In this document: positions 1 to 11,578 of the stretch, in pieces
Numbering within the stretch: position 1 is the stretch's first letter
How the letters are laid out: each line of letters begins with the position of its first letter
Assembly (NCBI RefSeq): GCF_000143415.4
Contig: NW_003314295.1
Span: forward strand, 1,223,923 to 1,287,922
DNA: 64,000 bases
Source of the DNA: Selaginella moellendorffii
Lineage: Eukaryota; Plantae; Lycopodiophyta
Reading direction: 5' to 3'
Made by a program: the position numbers and the translations under genes
The notes under the pieces: model-generated
Told to the model about the DNA's origin: nothing
Seen by the model: only the letters and a program-made list of their open reading frames with translations
The model's database searches: none

Positions 1-497
1 GAGTGAATCACCTAATATATAATATCGTATAATAGTTATTGGATCATTTATATATTTTCTCTTTTACATTTAAATTTTTTATCTCTTCTTTCTGTAATAT
101 ATCTGTATCTAAAAGTTAAGAAAAGTGTTAAGGTGGTCTTAATTGCTGTATCTCTATGTGGTAGAATAACTACTCCCCAGAATGGTTTGGGGATTGTCCA
201 AGAGAGGCCAACTTGGTCTCAGTGACTAGCTCTCTACTTCCACAAAAGATCAGGTGCTGTAGGTAACCTTCTTTGATTTTCCTCTTGAAAGTTTTAATAT
301 AAATTTTCTTTCTCTTGGACTACACTATTTGCTCCCAAACCTTCAGCCTTTGAAGAATTCTCTCGATTGCAACAATGGTGGAGAGATGTTGATGGAGCAA
401 CTGCATAAAGAGGACGCCCCTGATCTTGGAGCGGGAGCCAAAGCTCGTGGAACTTCTAGAGCCATGTAAGATCAGATTGTTTGTGTGGTCTTGCCGA

Positions 498-1130
498 TCA
501 ACTCAGTCGCGAAACCTCCATAGGTTCACCGATTGTCTAGGCAAGTAAGTAGTCTCGATCGGAGCCAGATGTCGAGAGATGTGCACCTCTTTTTCTAGAG
601 CGTCAAGAGAGCATTTCTCGGCATCAGTAACCTAGACAGAGACAAGGTCCATAGCTCGAAGTCAACAAACCGAAGAAGATGGAGAAAAAAAAATTATACG
701 TAGAATCTAGCGTGTTGCATCTGCCTCCGCTTAAGCTATGACAATCCCCACAGTTTAGCAAAGTGATCCATCCCAAAAACTCTGGGTCAAGTCCTCCATG
801 GTTTTGGTCAGCGCGAGGGAGAGCGTCTCGGGATGATCTGCAAACCCGTGTGCATGACATGCAGGAGCTCCTTGATTGCCTCGTTGCCTCCCCTCTAGAA
901 CCGAATCGGCCCTGCTAACCAGCGTGGTCGCCAGCGCCACTGGCAATTCCCCGGCCTGGCCAGCATCTAATTGCTCTAGAATCGGCTCGCAAAATCCCAT
1001 AAAGCTCCGGACACACTCGCGCTTGGACAGTATTCCCAGCACTGTACTGGAAATCCTGTCAATCCAATCTAGAACCTAGCCCAGACGCTCCATCGCCAAT
1101 CAATCGATTGCCGCCGCAATGCCATCTCTG
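498..1130 (-). pseudogene. Degenerate gene of uncertain identity, possibly with an N-terminal helical-bundle (MCAfunc/U-box N-terminal-like) region; paralogous to 56330-57410
   Basis: ORF 755-1042 (RSFMGFCEPILEQLDAGQAGELPVALATTLVSRADSVLE) is interrupted by stops and frameshifts. The block 498-1300 recurs on the same strand at about 56757-57570. Confidence 0.35.
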
Positions 1131-1234
1131 CTATGAGGGCCATAAGCACAAGCCACGCAGGAAAGAGAAAAATCACACGGAGGTTTAAACGGAGCCCCGG
1201 TTCAACTCTTACTAAAGCAAGAAAGTATTGTTGA

Positions 1235-1296
1235 TCCATTGTCGTCTAGTCCGGTAAGGATACCTGGCTTTCAGGGTTCAAATCCCGGCAATGGAG
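1235..1296 (+). tRNA. tRNA-Glu(TTC) pseudogene lacking the 3' anticodon stem and variable loop
   Basis: TCCATTG-TC-GTCTAGTCCGGTAAGGATA-CCTGG-CTTTCA//GGGTTCAAATCCCGG-CAATGGA-G: acceptor stem TCCATTG/CAATGGA pairs, TTC anticodon, GGTTCAAATCC T-loop; about 12 nt missing. Confidence 0.8.
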
Positions 1297-1759
1297 CTTT
1301 GTATCGATTTTGATTCCGATCTCTCTTCGAAATCTTACCTATTGTCCCGAGTTTGAAATTATCTAGCAAGCTTAATTTCTTTTCCTTTGCAAGCCAAGTT
1401 CCGCAACCTCTCCATCCTGACCATTTATCCAATTCCGGACAAGCACTGTTGGGGAGTACGTTGTTTTGAATCCTCTCACTGGAGCTCTAAAGGCCACCTT
1501 TCAAACCAAGCTCAGCGATACGGCTTGGACGCTGGTGTCGTTTGCAAAAGGCTGAGAGTTGCCCTGGCCATGCACATGTCCACCACTGGATTTGCTTTTT
1601 ACAATCAGATGTGGTTTATGTATATGATTCAAGAAGATCCATCGATGGTTTTTGTGCCTTGACCTGGAGAGCTTGGCATTTTGAATGGATTGACAGTGTC
1701 TTTGGTTCTAAAATGAAAATTATAAAGTAGTAAAACCACTTCTTTGTATTGTAACGCAC

Positions 1760-2160
1760 CCCAGCCCATGAATCCATTGTGGCGGCAGAGAAGCACTGCT
1801 CGTGACCGGTGTTCTTCATCTGGTGCTTGCCTCAGAAAGCTTGAGAGGATCTTGCAATAAAAAACTTTGCATTTCCTTGCGGAGCTGCGCCATGACTTCC
1901 TGGCCTTCCTGGTAGAACAGCACGAGATGATCGTTGGATGGTGGTCATGGATTTGAGGCCGCCATAGCCTTCCTGAGGATGTCGTCCACCATTGCCACTC
2001 GTCCAGTCTCTTGCCTTTCTGATGCAAAGAACATGACTCCCAACTCGACGATCTTCTTCTTGGCGCTCTCGTGGGTGATGCCGAGCTGCTCTTGGCTGAG
2101 AGAGGAGGAATCCGTGGAGGCGATGGTGTTTAGGAGAAGAACGAGGGACAATCTTTGGTA
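1760..2160 (-). pseudogene. MTPSL pseudogene fragment
   Basis: Frameshifted pieces [37 protein letters not shown] and YCKILSS match the intact MTPSL genes in this window. Confidence 0.85.
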
Positions 2161-2281
2161 AGATTGCATCCTCTAGTTCTGTTAAACATCTACTTGTACT
2201 AGAATTCTTAAACTTGTTTGCTAAAATATATTTTTTAAAGTTTGTTATTTCCATAGACCACTTTCATTTTCTAGGGCTTGG

Positions 2282-3367
2282 ATGGCTAGCATTGCCGCGC
2301 CATTGAAGCTGATCCACTTGGTAACGTAATCTCGCCAGGGGCAAGCTCACGCTTTCTTCGTGTATATTTATAATTTAGGTGCGCCATGCCGAGGCCGATC
2401 ACAATGCTGGGCCCGGATTTCACGCAGGACATCGCATCTTCGACCCCAGCCTCAAACCCAATGGCTGGAAACAAGTAGCTTACATTAAAGTTTTGTATGT
2501 GATCCATGCTTTCTTGAAGGTGGAGCAGCTTCGGAAGCTTGTAGAAGTGACTGGTCTAATCCGTGACATCGAGCTGGTTGTGGTTTCTCCCTTGAGACGG
2601 TACACGTTTTGCATTGTAGGCTTTCAGAATTGTTCATACAATTTTATTTAAAGGGCATTGCAAACGGCTGTTGGAGTGTTTGGAGTAGAGACAGAGCCAC
2701 CATTCCTGTCATTGAATGGTGTTGCATCGTCCTCTTCTTGTTTCAATCCACCTCTCATTGCCTTGGAGCTATGCAGGGAGCTCATTGTATGTTCCAGCTT
2801 TACTTCTCTAATTTTGTGTTTTCTCTTCCAATTCCTGTATTAAATCTCTTTGCCAGACGCCTTATGAGTCCAACAAGAGGAGCCCAATCAGCACCTGCAA
2901 GATCCAATTTCCAATGGTTGATTTTACTCAGGTGTGAGGATCATCTGTTTCTTTCTTTTTATTCTGGAGGTTTGATAATCGCACAGCACAGATCAAAGAG
3001 GACGAAGACGTGCTGTGGCATCCCAACGTCCGTGAATTGAAAGATTCCCTGGAAGGAAGAAGGCGGGCTTTCTTACAATGGTAAAGTAAAATCTCTCTCT
3101 CTCTCTCTCTCTCACATCAACAATCTACTTGGTTTTCAAGGCTCCTGTGTCGCAAAGAGAAGAACATTGCGGTTGTTTCTCATTCCGCCTTCTTGAAAAA
3201 CCTAATAAGTAAGCGTGATGAAACCGGACCCTTTGTCATCAGTGATAAGGCGCCACGCTCAAGGTAATATCCATTCCTTCCTTTGTTTCATTGTTTGGGT
3301 TTGATTTCCGTGAGCAATGCGTAGTTTTCTCAATTGTGAGCTGCATACTGTGACTCTAAAACCTTGA
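2282..3367 (+). CDS. Histidine phosphatase / phosphoglycerate mutase-like protein, 8 exons (2282-2320, 2379-2474, 2520-2599, 2654-2786, 2857-2931, 2992-3080, 3141-3263, 3325-3367)
   Basis: All introns are GT-AG and the frame is continuous: IHLVRHAEADHN (catalytic RH motif), VVVSPLRRALQTA, ELCRE, FPMVDF, IAVVSHSAFL (second His), FLNCELHT, TGA at 3365-3367. Confidence 0.88.
3092..3113. repeat. (CT)n microsatellite in an intron
   Basis: Seen directly. Confidence 0.9.
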
Positions 3368-3504
3368 GATGACCCGGACCACTTTGAGCTCAGAGATCAT
3401 TTTCTTATCATTATTTATTTTATCTTTTCAGAAGAAAAAGAGAAATTATCTGCTCTTTCCATGAGCATAATTTATTACATATTAGCAATTTTCCACAATA
3501 AGAA

Positions 3505-4566
3505 CTACATGTTTTTCACGATTACCGTTTGATTGGGGTCCATGATCCAAGTTCCATGAAACAACTCACCATCGAGCAAAGCGTTGTCACAACCATGGTA
3601 ACGAGCAGTAATAAAAGCCCACTTTAGATGACCAGCCACAGCCATTGGAACATTAAATGCAAATTTGAGAAGCTCTGGGTTCTTGTCCACCTTTGCCTTG
3701 ATGATAAGTTTCTTCTGCAAATCTAGAATCGAGTCCTCCTCCTGCTTGATCATCTCACAAACGCGATCCACACTCTTCTGAAAAGTTGCACAATCATGGG
3801 CAAGCAAAACAATTACCCAGTTGTGGTAAATGGTGCCATTGTAATACTCCTTGCGCAGTGACAAGAGGTCGTTCACCGTGACAATGTGGTCGTCCATGAT
3901 CTTGACGAGCTCACGGATCTCTCCCAAGTTTACAACCAATTCCTCGAGGTTGATTCCCACGCAAAATTCAGTCATGATGCAGGCCATCACCTCCATGAAT
4001 CCAGTGCGGCGGCGGAGAAGCCGGTACTCCTCGCTGCTCGGGATCGTGTTATTGATTTGGTGCTTGACCTCCTCCTGGACGCTATCCAGATAGATTGAGA
4101 GGATCTTGCAGTAGCGAGCGAATAAAGAAGTGGGCATTTCCTTGCGGAGTTCCACCATGACTTCCACCAAGAGAAGCAGCACGAGGTCATGATGATCATG
4201 CTCCTCAGATGCTTTGTAGATTCCAGTGGTGGCAATGCTCCAGACGATGGATTTGAGGGCGCCATAACCTTCCCGGCTGCTTGACTCGAGGATGTCATCC
4301 ACCAGGAAGTACACCCACAAATGCTTCCCTGCCAAGAGGACTCTGTCCCTCTCGCCATTGGGATGCATCAAACAAGCTAAGAGCATGACTCTCGACTGGA
4401 CAATCTTCCTCTTGGCACTCTCGTCGGTGATACCGAGCTTGGAGATGAGCCATTGATCGAGCTCTTGGCTGAGAGAAGAAGAATCCCAGTGGCAAGCAGA
4501 GGGGATGTTATTTGGAAGAAGAGGCAACTCAAGGCGAGGGACAAGCTTTGCCATGAGACACTCCAT
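3505..4566 (-). CDS. MTPSL: Microbial-type terpene synthase-like protein (class I, alpha domain only), intronless, 353 aa
   Basis: DDxxE motif (LVDDILE), pyrophosphate-sensor region RRRTGFM, NSE/DTE motif NDLLSLRKE, WxxxxxRY (WAFITARY); ~350 aa single domain. Confidence 0.93.
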
Positions 4567-4977
4567 TATGCCTTAGAATTAGGCTTGTTGTTCGAGTTCT
4601 CCACATTCAGTTTTTGTTGATAGGTATAGGAATTTTTTTCATTCGATGAACCCAGCATGGCCTGGAGATGGATGAACGAATTTGTTCACAAATTTACCCT
4701 CTTGATGCCTCTATCCAAGTAATTATAAACTGTAGAGATGTATATGAAAATTTTAATAATTAAGAACTTAATTAGGGCTGTTTTAACCCACCACTTTATT
4801 TTATATGTTTTTGTATGGCTTGAGTTTGGATCCCAAGGTGGCAGGCATTATGTTTTATGTCCTCTCTTGCATTGCAAGCTAGAGTCAGCTTGGTGTCTTA
4901 CCACTTGATTGATTAGTGAAGAATTGACTGGTGAAACAAAGAAAAAAGGATTCCCTTTGATCCCCTGATCATGAGCT

Positions 4978-5660
4978 TGTCTATAAACAACCAAAGAGAA
5001 CACCTTGAAAGATAGTCCATAAGATTCAAATATAGAAAGAAAGGGCCTAGTGCACCCCTTTTTTTAATTGGTTAAGGGTTTTCGGATATTTGGATCTTGG
5101 ATTTGAATAATACTAGATTGGGTAACCTCCCGAGAAGTCTAAATTCATGAGCTTACATTTGGTATTAGAGCGATTTCGGGTTTGACTTTGTTGGTTGGCT
5201 AAGGGAATCACACCATATGTTAATTGACATTTGGCTGGGAAGTCTAAATTCAGAAGCTTACATTTGGTATTAAAGCGGTTTTAGGTTCGACTTTGTTGGT
5301 TGTCTAAGGGAATCACACCACATGTTGATTGACATCTGGTTGGTCCAGTTTGCTTTCGACTTTGTTGGTTGGATAAGGAAATCACACCACATGTTAATTG
5401 ACATCTGGCTGGTCTAGTTTGCTCTTGCTGAGTTTCCGTTCACAAAGGCGTGAACTTGCAAGGAAGCATGATAGAGATTAAACAACCAAAAAGAACTACT
5501 TGAGAGATGATCCATAAGGTTCAAATATAAAGGGAAAAGCCCATGAATAATAGTGCACCCCCTTTTCTAATCAATTAAGGGTTTTGGGATATTTAGCGTC
5601 CTTGAGTTTGAATAATACTGGGTTATGTAACCTCCCGGGAAGTCCAAATTTAGGAGTTTA
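4978..5660 (+). mobile_element. Cassandra-like TRIM (non-autonomous LTR retrotransposon with 5S rRNA-like LTR core)
   Basis: LTRs at about 4978-5157 and 5469-5660, PBS TGGTATTAGAGC (iMet-like) at 5160, purine run before LTR2. Each LTR carries a 5S-like segment. The element is absent from the inverted paralogous region 40515-40960. Confidence 0.75.
5184..5412 (+). repeat. Three ~55-bp direct repeats in the TRIM internal region
   Basis: GACTTTGTTGGTTG..TAAGG.AATCACACCA.ATGTT.ATTGACAT.TGG.TGG at about 5184, 5289 and 5358. Confidence 0.85.
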
Positions 5661-5710
5661 TTGGATCCAGCTTATGATTGCTGGAACTTGCACATAAACT
5701 AAAGCCGTAC

Positions 5711-5810
5711 CTATCGTAGCAAATCGCTTGCAGCCGAGCCTGGGAAATCTTTGAGGAGATGCGCAAACCAGAGATCATCAAGCTGGTGGCTTGCTAAAAG
5801 GTGCTTGCTT
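5711..5810 (+). pseudogene. Short PPR gene relic, an inverted copy of about 59095-59275
   Basis: AWEIFEEM motif; nucleotide match to the reverse complement of the 59100-59275 region. Confidence 0.5.
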
Positions 5811-6799
5811 TCTCTAAGACTTGAACTAAGGACCTCCCACGGGTGCTCTAACCAACGCTTTAATTCTAAATATTTAATTATTTTATCAAGTAGCATACAT
5901 TCACTTTCTCTTTCCCAAGAGAAAGCTTTTGAGTAAGCAAGCCTGGATGCTTGCCTGGTATTGGAAAGGCAGTTTTTATTGCAGATTATTTCATGATTTG
6001 CTGGAAGAACTTCTTTTGGGGAGCTGTTTTGTGGATCTCTCTCAAGCTCCTATGCAGTGTCCATCACTCATTTGCTTTTTTCTGCCCAACTAACATGGGA
6101 CTGTAATACTACATGAATGCAATGCATTATTCACCTCACTCTGGTCCTTTTAATCCTCACTACTTCTTAGGCACCTGTAGACGCTGGTGAAGTCCCACTT
6201 CAGGTATGTGTCTAGTGTGGTTCATACCCATGGAACTCCATTGACGACGATGACTTTGGGGAGGATCCAACTCGCACTGTGCAATCTATGTCACTTGTAT
6301 AAGACCATATTGTATAAGTTTCACTTGGACTTATTGAGATGTAGTGGGCACATTAGCAATTTCATGAGTTGACAAGATTAATATTAGCTTTGATAAGATG
6401 AGTTATTACCATAGTACCATAGATAAAAATAAATCTCCTATAGGCTTGTTATGAGTGGTAAATAAGTTGGTCTATAGCTGTTTAATATGACACTAGTGAA
6501 TCCTTCCTATATATGATTATATGTGGATGAATCAAAATTCTAGGGATTAGTTTATTAGTTCAAATAGTCATTATTGTATTCTCTCATAAACTTTTCTTAA
6601 ATTAGATTAAATATAGTGCAAATAAAAATTTACTATTTAGACAAGTTAAGTCTAAAAATAAAGCTATTATAAACCATTTTCTATTTTTTGAAAGAAAAGA
6701 TGTGGTCTTGTCACACCATAAGCAAACCAAGTGGTTTTATCATTCCATAGACAAACTAATTTCTTCACCACCCTAAAGTTCAAAAGATTGTGTAACATC

Positions 6800-7480
6800 T
6801 AGATCAAAAAGTAGCTTCACTACCTTAAATATCCCCATTGCCTTTCACAAGTTTATTGTGCATAAAACCATTAAACTTTATAAAAACTTGAACTTTCATC
6901 ACAAAATATGAAAAAGCCACTATAAAAATACTTTTGAGCTGTATCCATAATGGATTCCATTATATTCACCTTAACATCCCCTAACCCTTCACAAAAGAAC
7001 AACCTTTTCTATAATATTCAGCTTTGTAAAAATTTAAATATTTGCCCTCCACCCAAACAAAGGTTTTTAACCTTATTATCATCTTCATTCTTTGAGATTT
7101 GATGCAATAAAAATCATTTCTTCCCTAAATATGAAGTATTGGCTATTGGTTGTCTACTCTATTAATCATTCTATTGACCATAATTGACTGAGTTACTTTA
7201 GTGATAGCATCAATCAATTTTGATAACAAGTCTTTCTTGACTTTTTGCTATATATCCACCAAACTCAAACTATTGATAAAATATTGCATCTTTAGAAACT
7301 CATTATATGTATTTGTGAAATTAAAGTAAATAGATCACAGAACTTAATGAACATACACATTCAAAGACAAAATCCCTTGCATGATCTTAGTTCGCAAGAT
7401 CAACCTTTTCAAACTTCTTCACTAATAAAGCATAAAAAACCTTTGTTAAATCACTTAAAAATCCTTAATGAAATTACCAA
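6800..7480 (-). mobile_element. Degenerate PIF/Harbinger-type DDE transposase relic (paralogue about 20450-21130)
   Basis: Frameshifted motifs in the expected order: LIDAIT (GAIDGTH), YLGKK-FYCIKSQ (YNRKGFYSINVQ), NLCLGG (VGWPGS), CERAMGIFK (VERAFGILK). Confidence 0.5.
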
Positions 7481-8343
7481 AATCTAAAACAAAAACCATA
7501 AGAATATTCTAAAAATATTTCATGGTTTAGTGATTTAGGGCTTGTTAATTTCATTGGTATTGTTCTTTTAAGGTATGGTTGATAATGTCATTTTAAAACA
7601 AAAGCCAAATTAAAGGTTCAAAATGACATCAAGGAGGTGAATAAACTCAATGTATGGCTTGAATTGGATATAGAACCTCTAAAAACACACATAACAAAAG
7701 AAACCTCATCCATATTCCAAAACTAAAGTTAAAGCAAAAAACTAGTTTCCCTCCTTATTTTTATCTATACTTGATCTCTCACACTTCAATATAGCAATGC
7801 CACTCAATTGCCCCACCTATAAGAAACTACCAATCATCTCATGTCCAAGCTGCCCCAAAAATCTTTCATGTGGAGCTTGTGGACTCTTCCCTCTTTGCAC
7901 AAAAACACCAACAAATTGGAAGTAGAATCCATCACCATTAAATCTGATTCAGGAGAGTTTTTTGCCATGGGCATGAATCAATTGCTCCAAAAGAAGAAGA
8001 CAAGAGCACTCCCAAAGCAAAACTTGAGGGCCAAACACAACCTCTTTCTAGTGGCTTTCTTATACACTCGTAATACCAATTGTATCAACAAAGTGGGCAG
8101 AATCAAATTCAAGATAATCTTGAGGCACTAGCAAGGTGGTGGTAGCATTTTCCATTAGATTAAAGCTAGACCATAGTGGTTTAAGGAGAGGTAACAATGG
8201 GAATAAGGATGTCACTATTATACCCTTTTGCATTTATTTGGATGAGGATCAAATTTATGCAAAAGTGTGTCATTGTGACAGTGACGCACTTAAACTTCTC
8301 AATCAGTAGCCATGTCTCCACACTTCAAATATAATCTAATAAG

Positions 8344-8591
8344 TGAATAAATTGTTTTTGCCTATACTCTCATTCTTAAAAAGGTTGAGTGGTGTGAATA
8401 TTTTGTTTATATTGTGATAGCCAAAGTATTTTATGGAGTTGTAGAGGGTTTTAAATATATAGTAGGGATAGTGAGTAGGTTATCTACAAAATAATGACAA
8501 ACAAACAGAGACAAGAACATAGGGAAAAAAAAAAAAAACGAGAAGAGAATAGAAGAGAATTCAATTTTAAACCCCAAAGGCATGAGTAAGA

Positions 8592-8679
<88 letters not shown>

Positions 8680-8976
8680 ATCTCTCAACTTTACTTTGCA
8701 CAAACAATTATAGTCAAGAGAAAAGATGGTTAATTCAATACAAATGCATACAATAATGAGTGGGGGTTATTTTCCAGCACATCTAAGTGCTACTTATATA
8801 CTACATTATTTTATAATTATTCCTAACTACTTTATGCTTATTTATGACAAATGTTGCCTAGATTAGGTTTTTCTTCTTTGGATGTTTAAAATTGAACATA
8901 ACTTCATTTTGCCTAAGCTTCTTTCTTTTCTTTTGCCTAAGAAAATATACAAAATAAAACATTTATCTCTTCATCA
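8344..8976. mobile_element. Solo LTR with 5-bp TSD ATAAG
   Basis: TG...CA termini, ATAAG at 8339-8343 and 8977-8981, absent in duplicate copy B (about 22125); same family as 41618-42070. Confidence 0.8.
8597..8677. repeat. (TA)n microsatellite inside the solo LTR
   Basis: Seen directly. Confidence 0.95.
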
Positions 8977-9039
8977 ATAAGCACACAAATAGCAGATTTT
9001 TATCCAAATTCTTTCAAAATATCCACCTTTGCTACTAAG

Positions 9040-9965
9040 CCTAAGTGTTTAGCTGCCAACTTGCTTGTAGAGCTTGAGAGCAAAAGGTAGACATTTTGAG
9101 GTGTATTCTCAGTGTATCCCATGAAATAATGTTATTCTGCTTCATGCAATGTCTAAGTGCTTCCAATATCTCATTACATCCGATAGAAGAGCTCAAGGTG
9201 CATGTCCCATGATGACCATATTCCATACAACCAATGTCATAAATCTTCATCCTCCCAAACACTTCTAGTGCTTCCACATATCCACGAGGTTGCTCACAAC
9301 AAATGCATCAGCTTCATCTCCACACACACACCCATTGTCATTTCCTTCAACTGCTTGCAAGTACTAAAAAAACTTTCTGAGCGTGCCACACTTGGGAGTA
9401 GAGTCCAAGAGGCTGTTTAGAATGTGGAATCTATTGCCTGCATATGAAACTTCTTAAAGTTAATACACCATTGCAGTCCAGAACTAAGCTTACCTCTTTT
9501 GCTCACCAAAAATCCATTTTCCATCCTGGAATCAGTTGGCACACTTCTCAAGTTGACAGCCTTGCTACTACATGCTGGAAAAAGAGATTGAGTGCCCAGC
9601 TACCTTTGCAGTTATGAGTGGAGATGAAACATTGCAGGTCTACATGCAAATTCTTGCCAATACACATCATTGCTCCTGAACTCACGATGATAGCCAGCCT
9701 CCTGCTGTACCCACAAAATGACTCCTCTTTTTCTTCTTTGGGAATGTCCCATGCAATGGCTCCTATGCCTGAAATGTACCCCTGATCCTTGAGAGCAGCC
9801 TTGAGTAGCCATATTGTCACTATGTGTATGAGTTTTATCCCATAAGTATGAACTTATGAATGATTCCACATTTGTCAGTGTCTGAGCTTCTTATAAACTT
9901 TGCCTACAGTCCCATATGCACGTAGGCTACAGCTTGGTTCTTGTTTGGCTATAACATTCTTCCAC
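9040..9965 (-). pseudogene. PLS-class PPR pseudogene with E/DYW-domain remnant
   Basis: DKTH, GY..., KEEKEESFCGYSRRLAI, KNLHV (compare HSERLAI...KNLRVC), ALEVFGRM; multiple frameshifts. Confidence 0.7.
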
Positions 9966-10959
9966 TTCCCAGTTCAGCTTGAAATAGAGCAAAATGCAAA
10001 AGCAACACTCCTTTATTTCTTATAATTTTTATAACCATTTTCACACTCTCTATGCTCTTTTAACCATAACCTCTCCATCAATTTTTCTCTCTCCTCCAAT
10101 TAAACTTCTAGCATATAAAGTATTGTCAAAAAGTAAAATTATTATGAATTTTGGGCAAAATATTGGTGTTCCAGACCTGGATGAATTCCTGGAGAAGTAT
10201 GATCCTCTTCACCACAAGTTCTCAAAAGCTGGTTGAACAATTGACAAGAAGGGCTATTGTGAATATACTCTCAGAAATGGTTGTAAGGATTTTTCTTGGC
10301 ATTACTCAATAACAGATTGGTTTTGGGAGCCAATAAGTATTGACACAAAAAATATATTTGAACTTTCTAGAGGTTGCGAAATGCTTATTTTATGCATTAA
10401 ATTTTGTTTCTACTTTTAATGTTTAAAGAAGATTAAGTGGACTTATAGTTGATTTTGTTATATCTTTTATTAGCTAAGCTGCTTCAGGAAACATGATGGT
10501 ATTAGAGAACCTTCTTGACATCATTCCTCCAAAGCTAACTCAAGGTTAAAAACTAGCAAATGCTAACTCTCTCTTTGACATGCCTAGTCTATTGTAAAGT
10601 TGTTGAGCTTGCTATCCACAAGAACACTCACACACACTCAAACAACTTTGTGTTTCAGAACCAAAAATGTCAACAGAAAAGAGAAATAATAAGAAACAAA
10701 TATTCTTTATAATTCTTTAAAACCATACTATTTTAGCCTCCATTATTTTTTTCTCTTTGCCAAAATAATAAAATTATTAGCTAATTAAAGATACGATGAT
10801 ATCAACTACTTAATCTCCTTCAAACATTCCACATATTCAATAAATAAATGTCGAAATAAATCTTAAAGCATAAAATATAATCAACAAAGGCATCGTTTTC
10901 GCCATCTCCACAGCCTCACCACCATACAGTGAAAGTGCTCCAGATCTGGAGTTACCTAC

Positions 10960-11310
10960 GATCAGCTCATTGCCTGGATTGCTGCGTCAACCAAGCCAGC
11001 ATGGCTACACTCAGTGAGGATGAAGTGAAAGCAATCCCGTCCGGTTTTAAGACTTCCAGAACAAAGCTGCAAGTGACCATAACTTGGCCTTCGCAGTACT
11101 ACATGCTCAGCACCAGTGATACTCCCACTTTGAGTTGGCCACGGATGCAATGGCTTCGTCTCTATATCTGGAGATAGTCAAGTGAATTACAGAGCTGCCA
11201 AGCTTCCACAAGCCTTCAGTTCTGCCACGAAAGCTTATCAGCATCCGTTGAAACAGCTCGTCCGGTTCGTTGTACTGAGCATAGCCGGCAATCAAGATAG
11301 TCCACGATGT
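10960..11310 (-). pseudogene. PLS-class PPR relic
   Basis: IAGYAQYNEPDELFQRM, LKACGSL, ECSHAGLVD; frameshifted. Confidence 0.7.
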
Positions 11311-11578
11311 TGCTTCCGGGGTATTCGTTTAAAAACTTGATGAGGCTTCGACGCGACCTTTGCAGATCGACGAAGCTCTCTGTGTCTTCTTCACTCAAAA
11401 CACTGGAACAGGCCTTCCAACGCAGTATCATCCGTTTGAGCGTCCAGATGACAGCCTCGGTACTTCATGAGAGTAAGGCATCGTCAGTTGGTGCCGTTTA
11501 GAGCGAAGCCAGAGTGCATTCTAGACCACACTAATCCCGCCACTTAAACCTCTCGAGCACTGTGGTAGCACCGTACTT

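Noticed and set aside
1-360. Possible LTR end and leader at the window start
   Set aside because: No partner LTR or clear PBS within the window.
2379-2400. RHA instead of RHG in the phosphatase motif as a sign of inactivity
   Set aside because: RHA is common in this plant/fungal PGM-like subgroup, and the second catalytic His (VSH) is present.
5184-5412. CRISPR-like spaced direct repeats
   Set aside because: Eukaryotic context, no cas genes, and the spacers are not unique; these are internal duplications of a TRIM.
8431-8703. ORF with a (YI)n run
   Set aside because: Translation of a TA microsatellite in a solo LTR.
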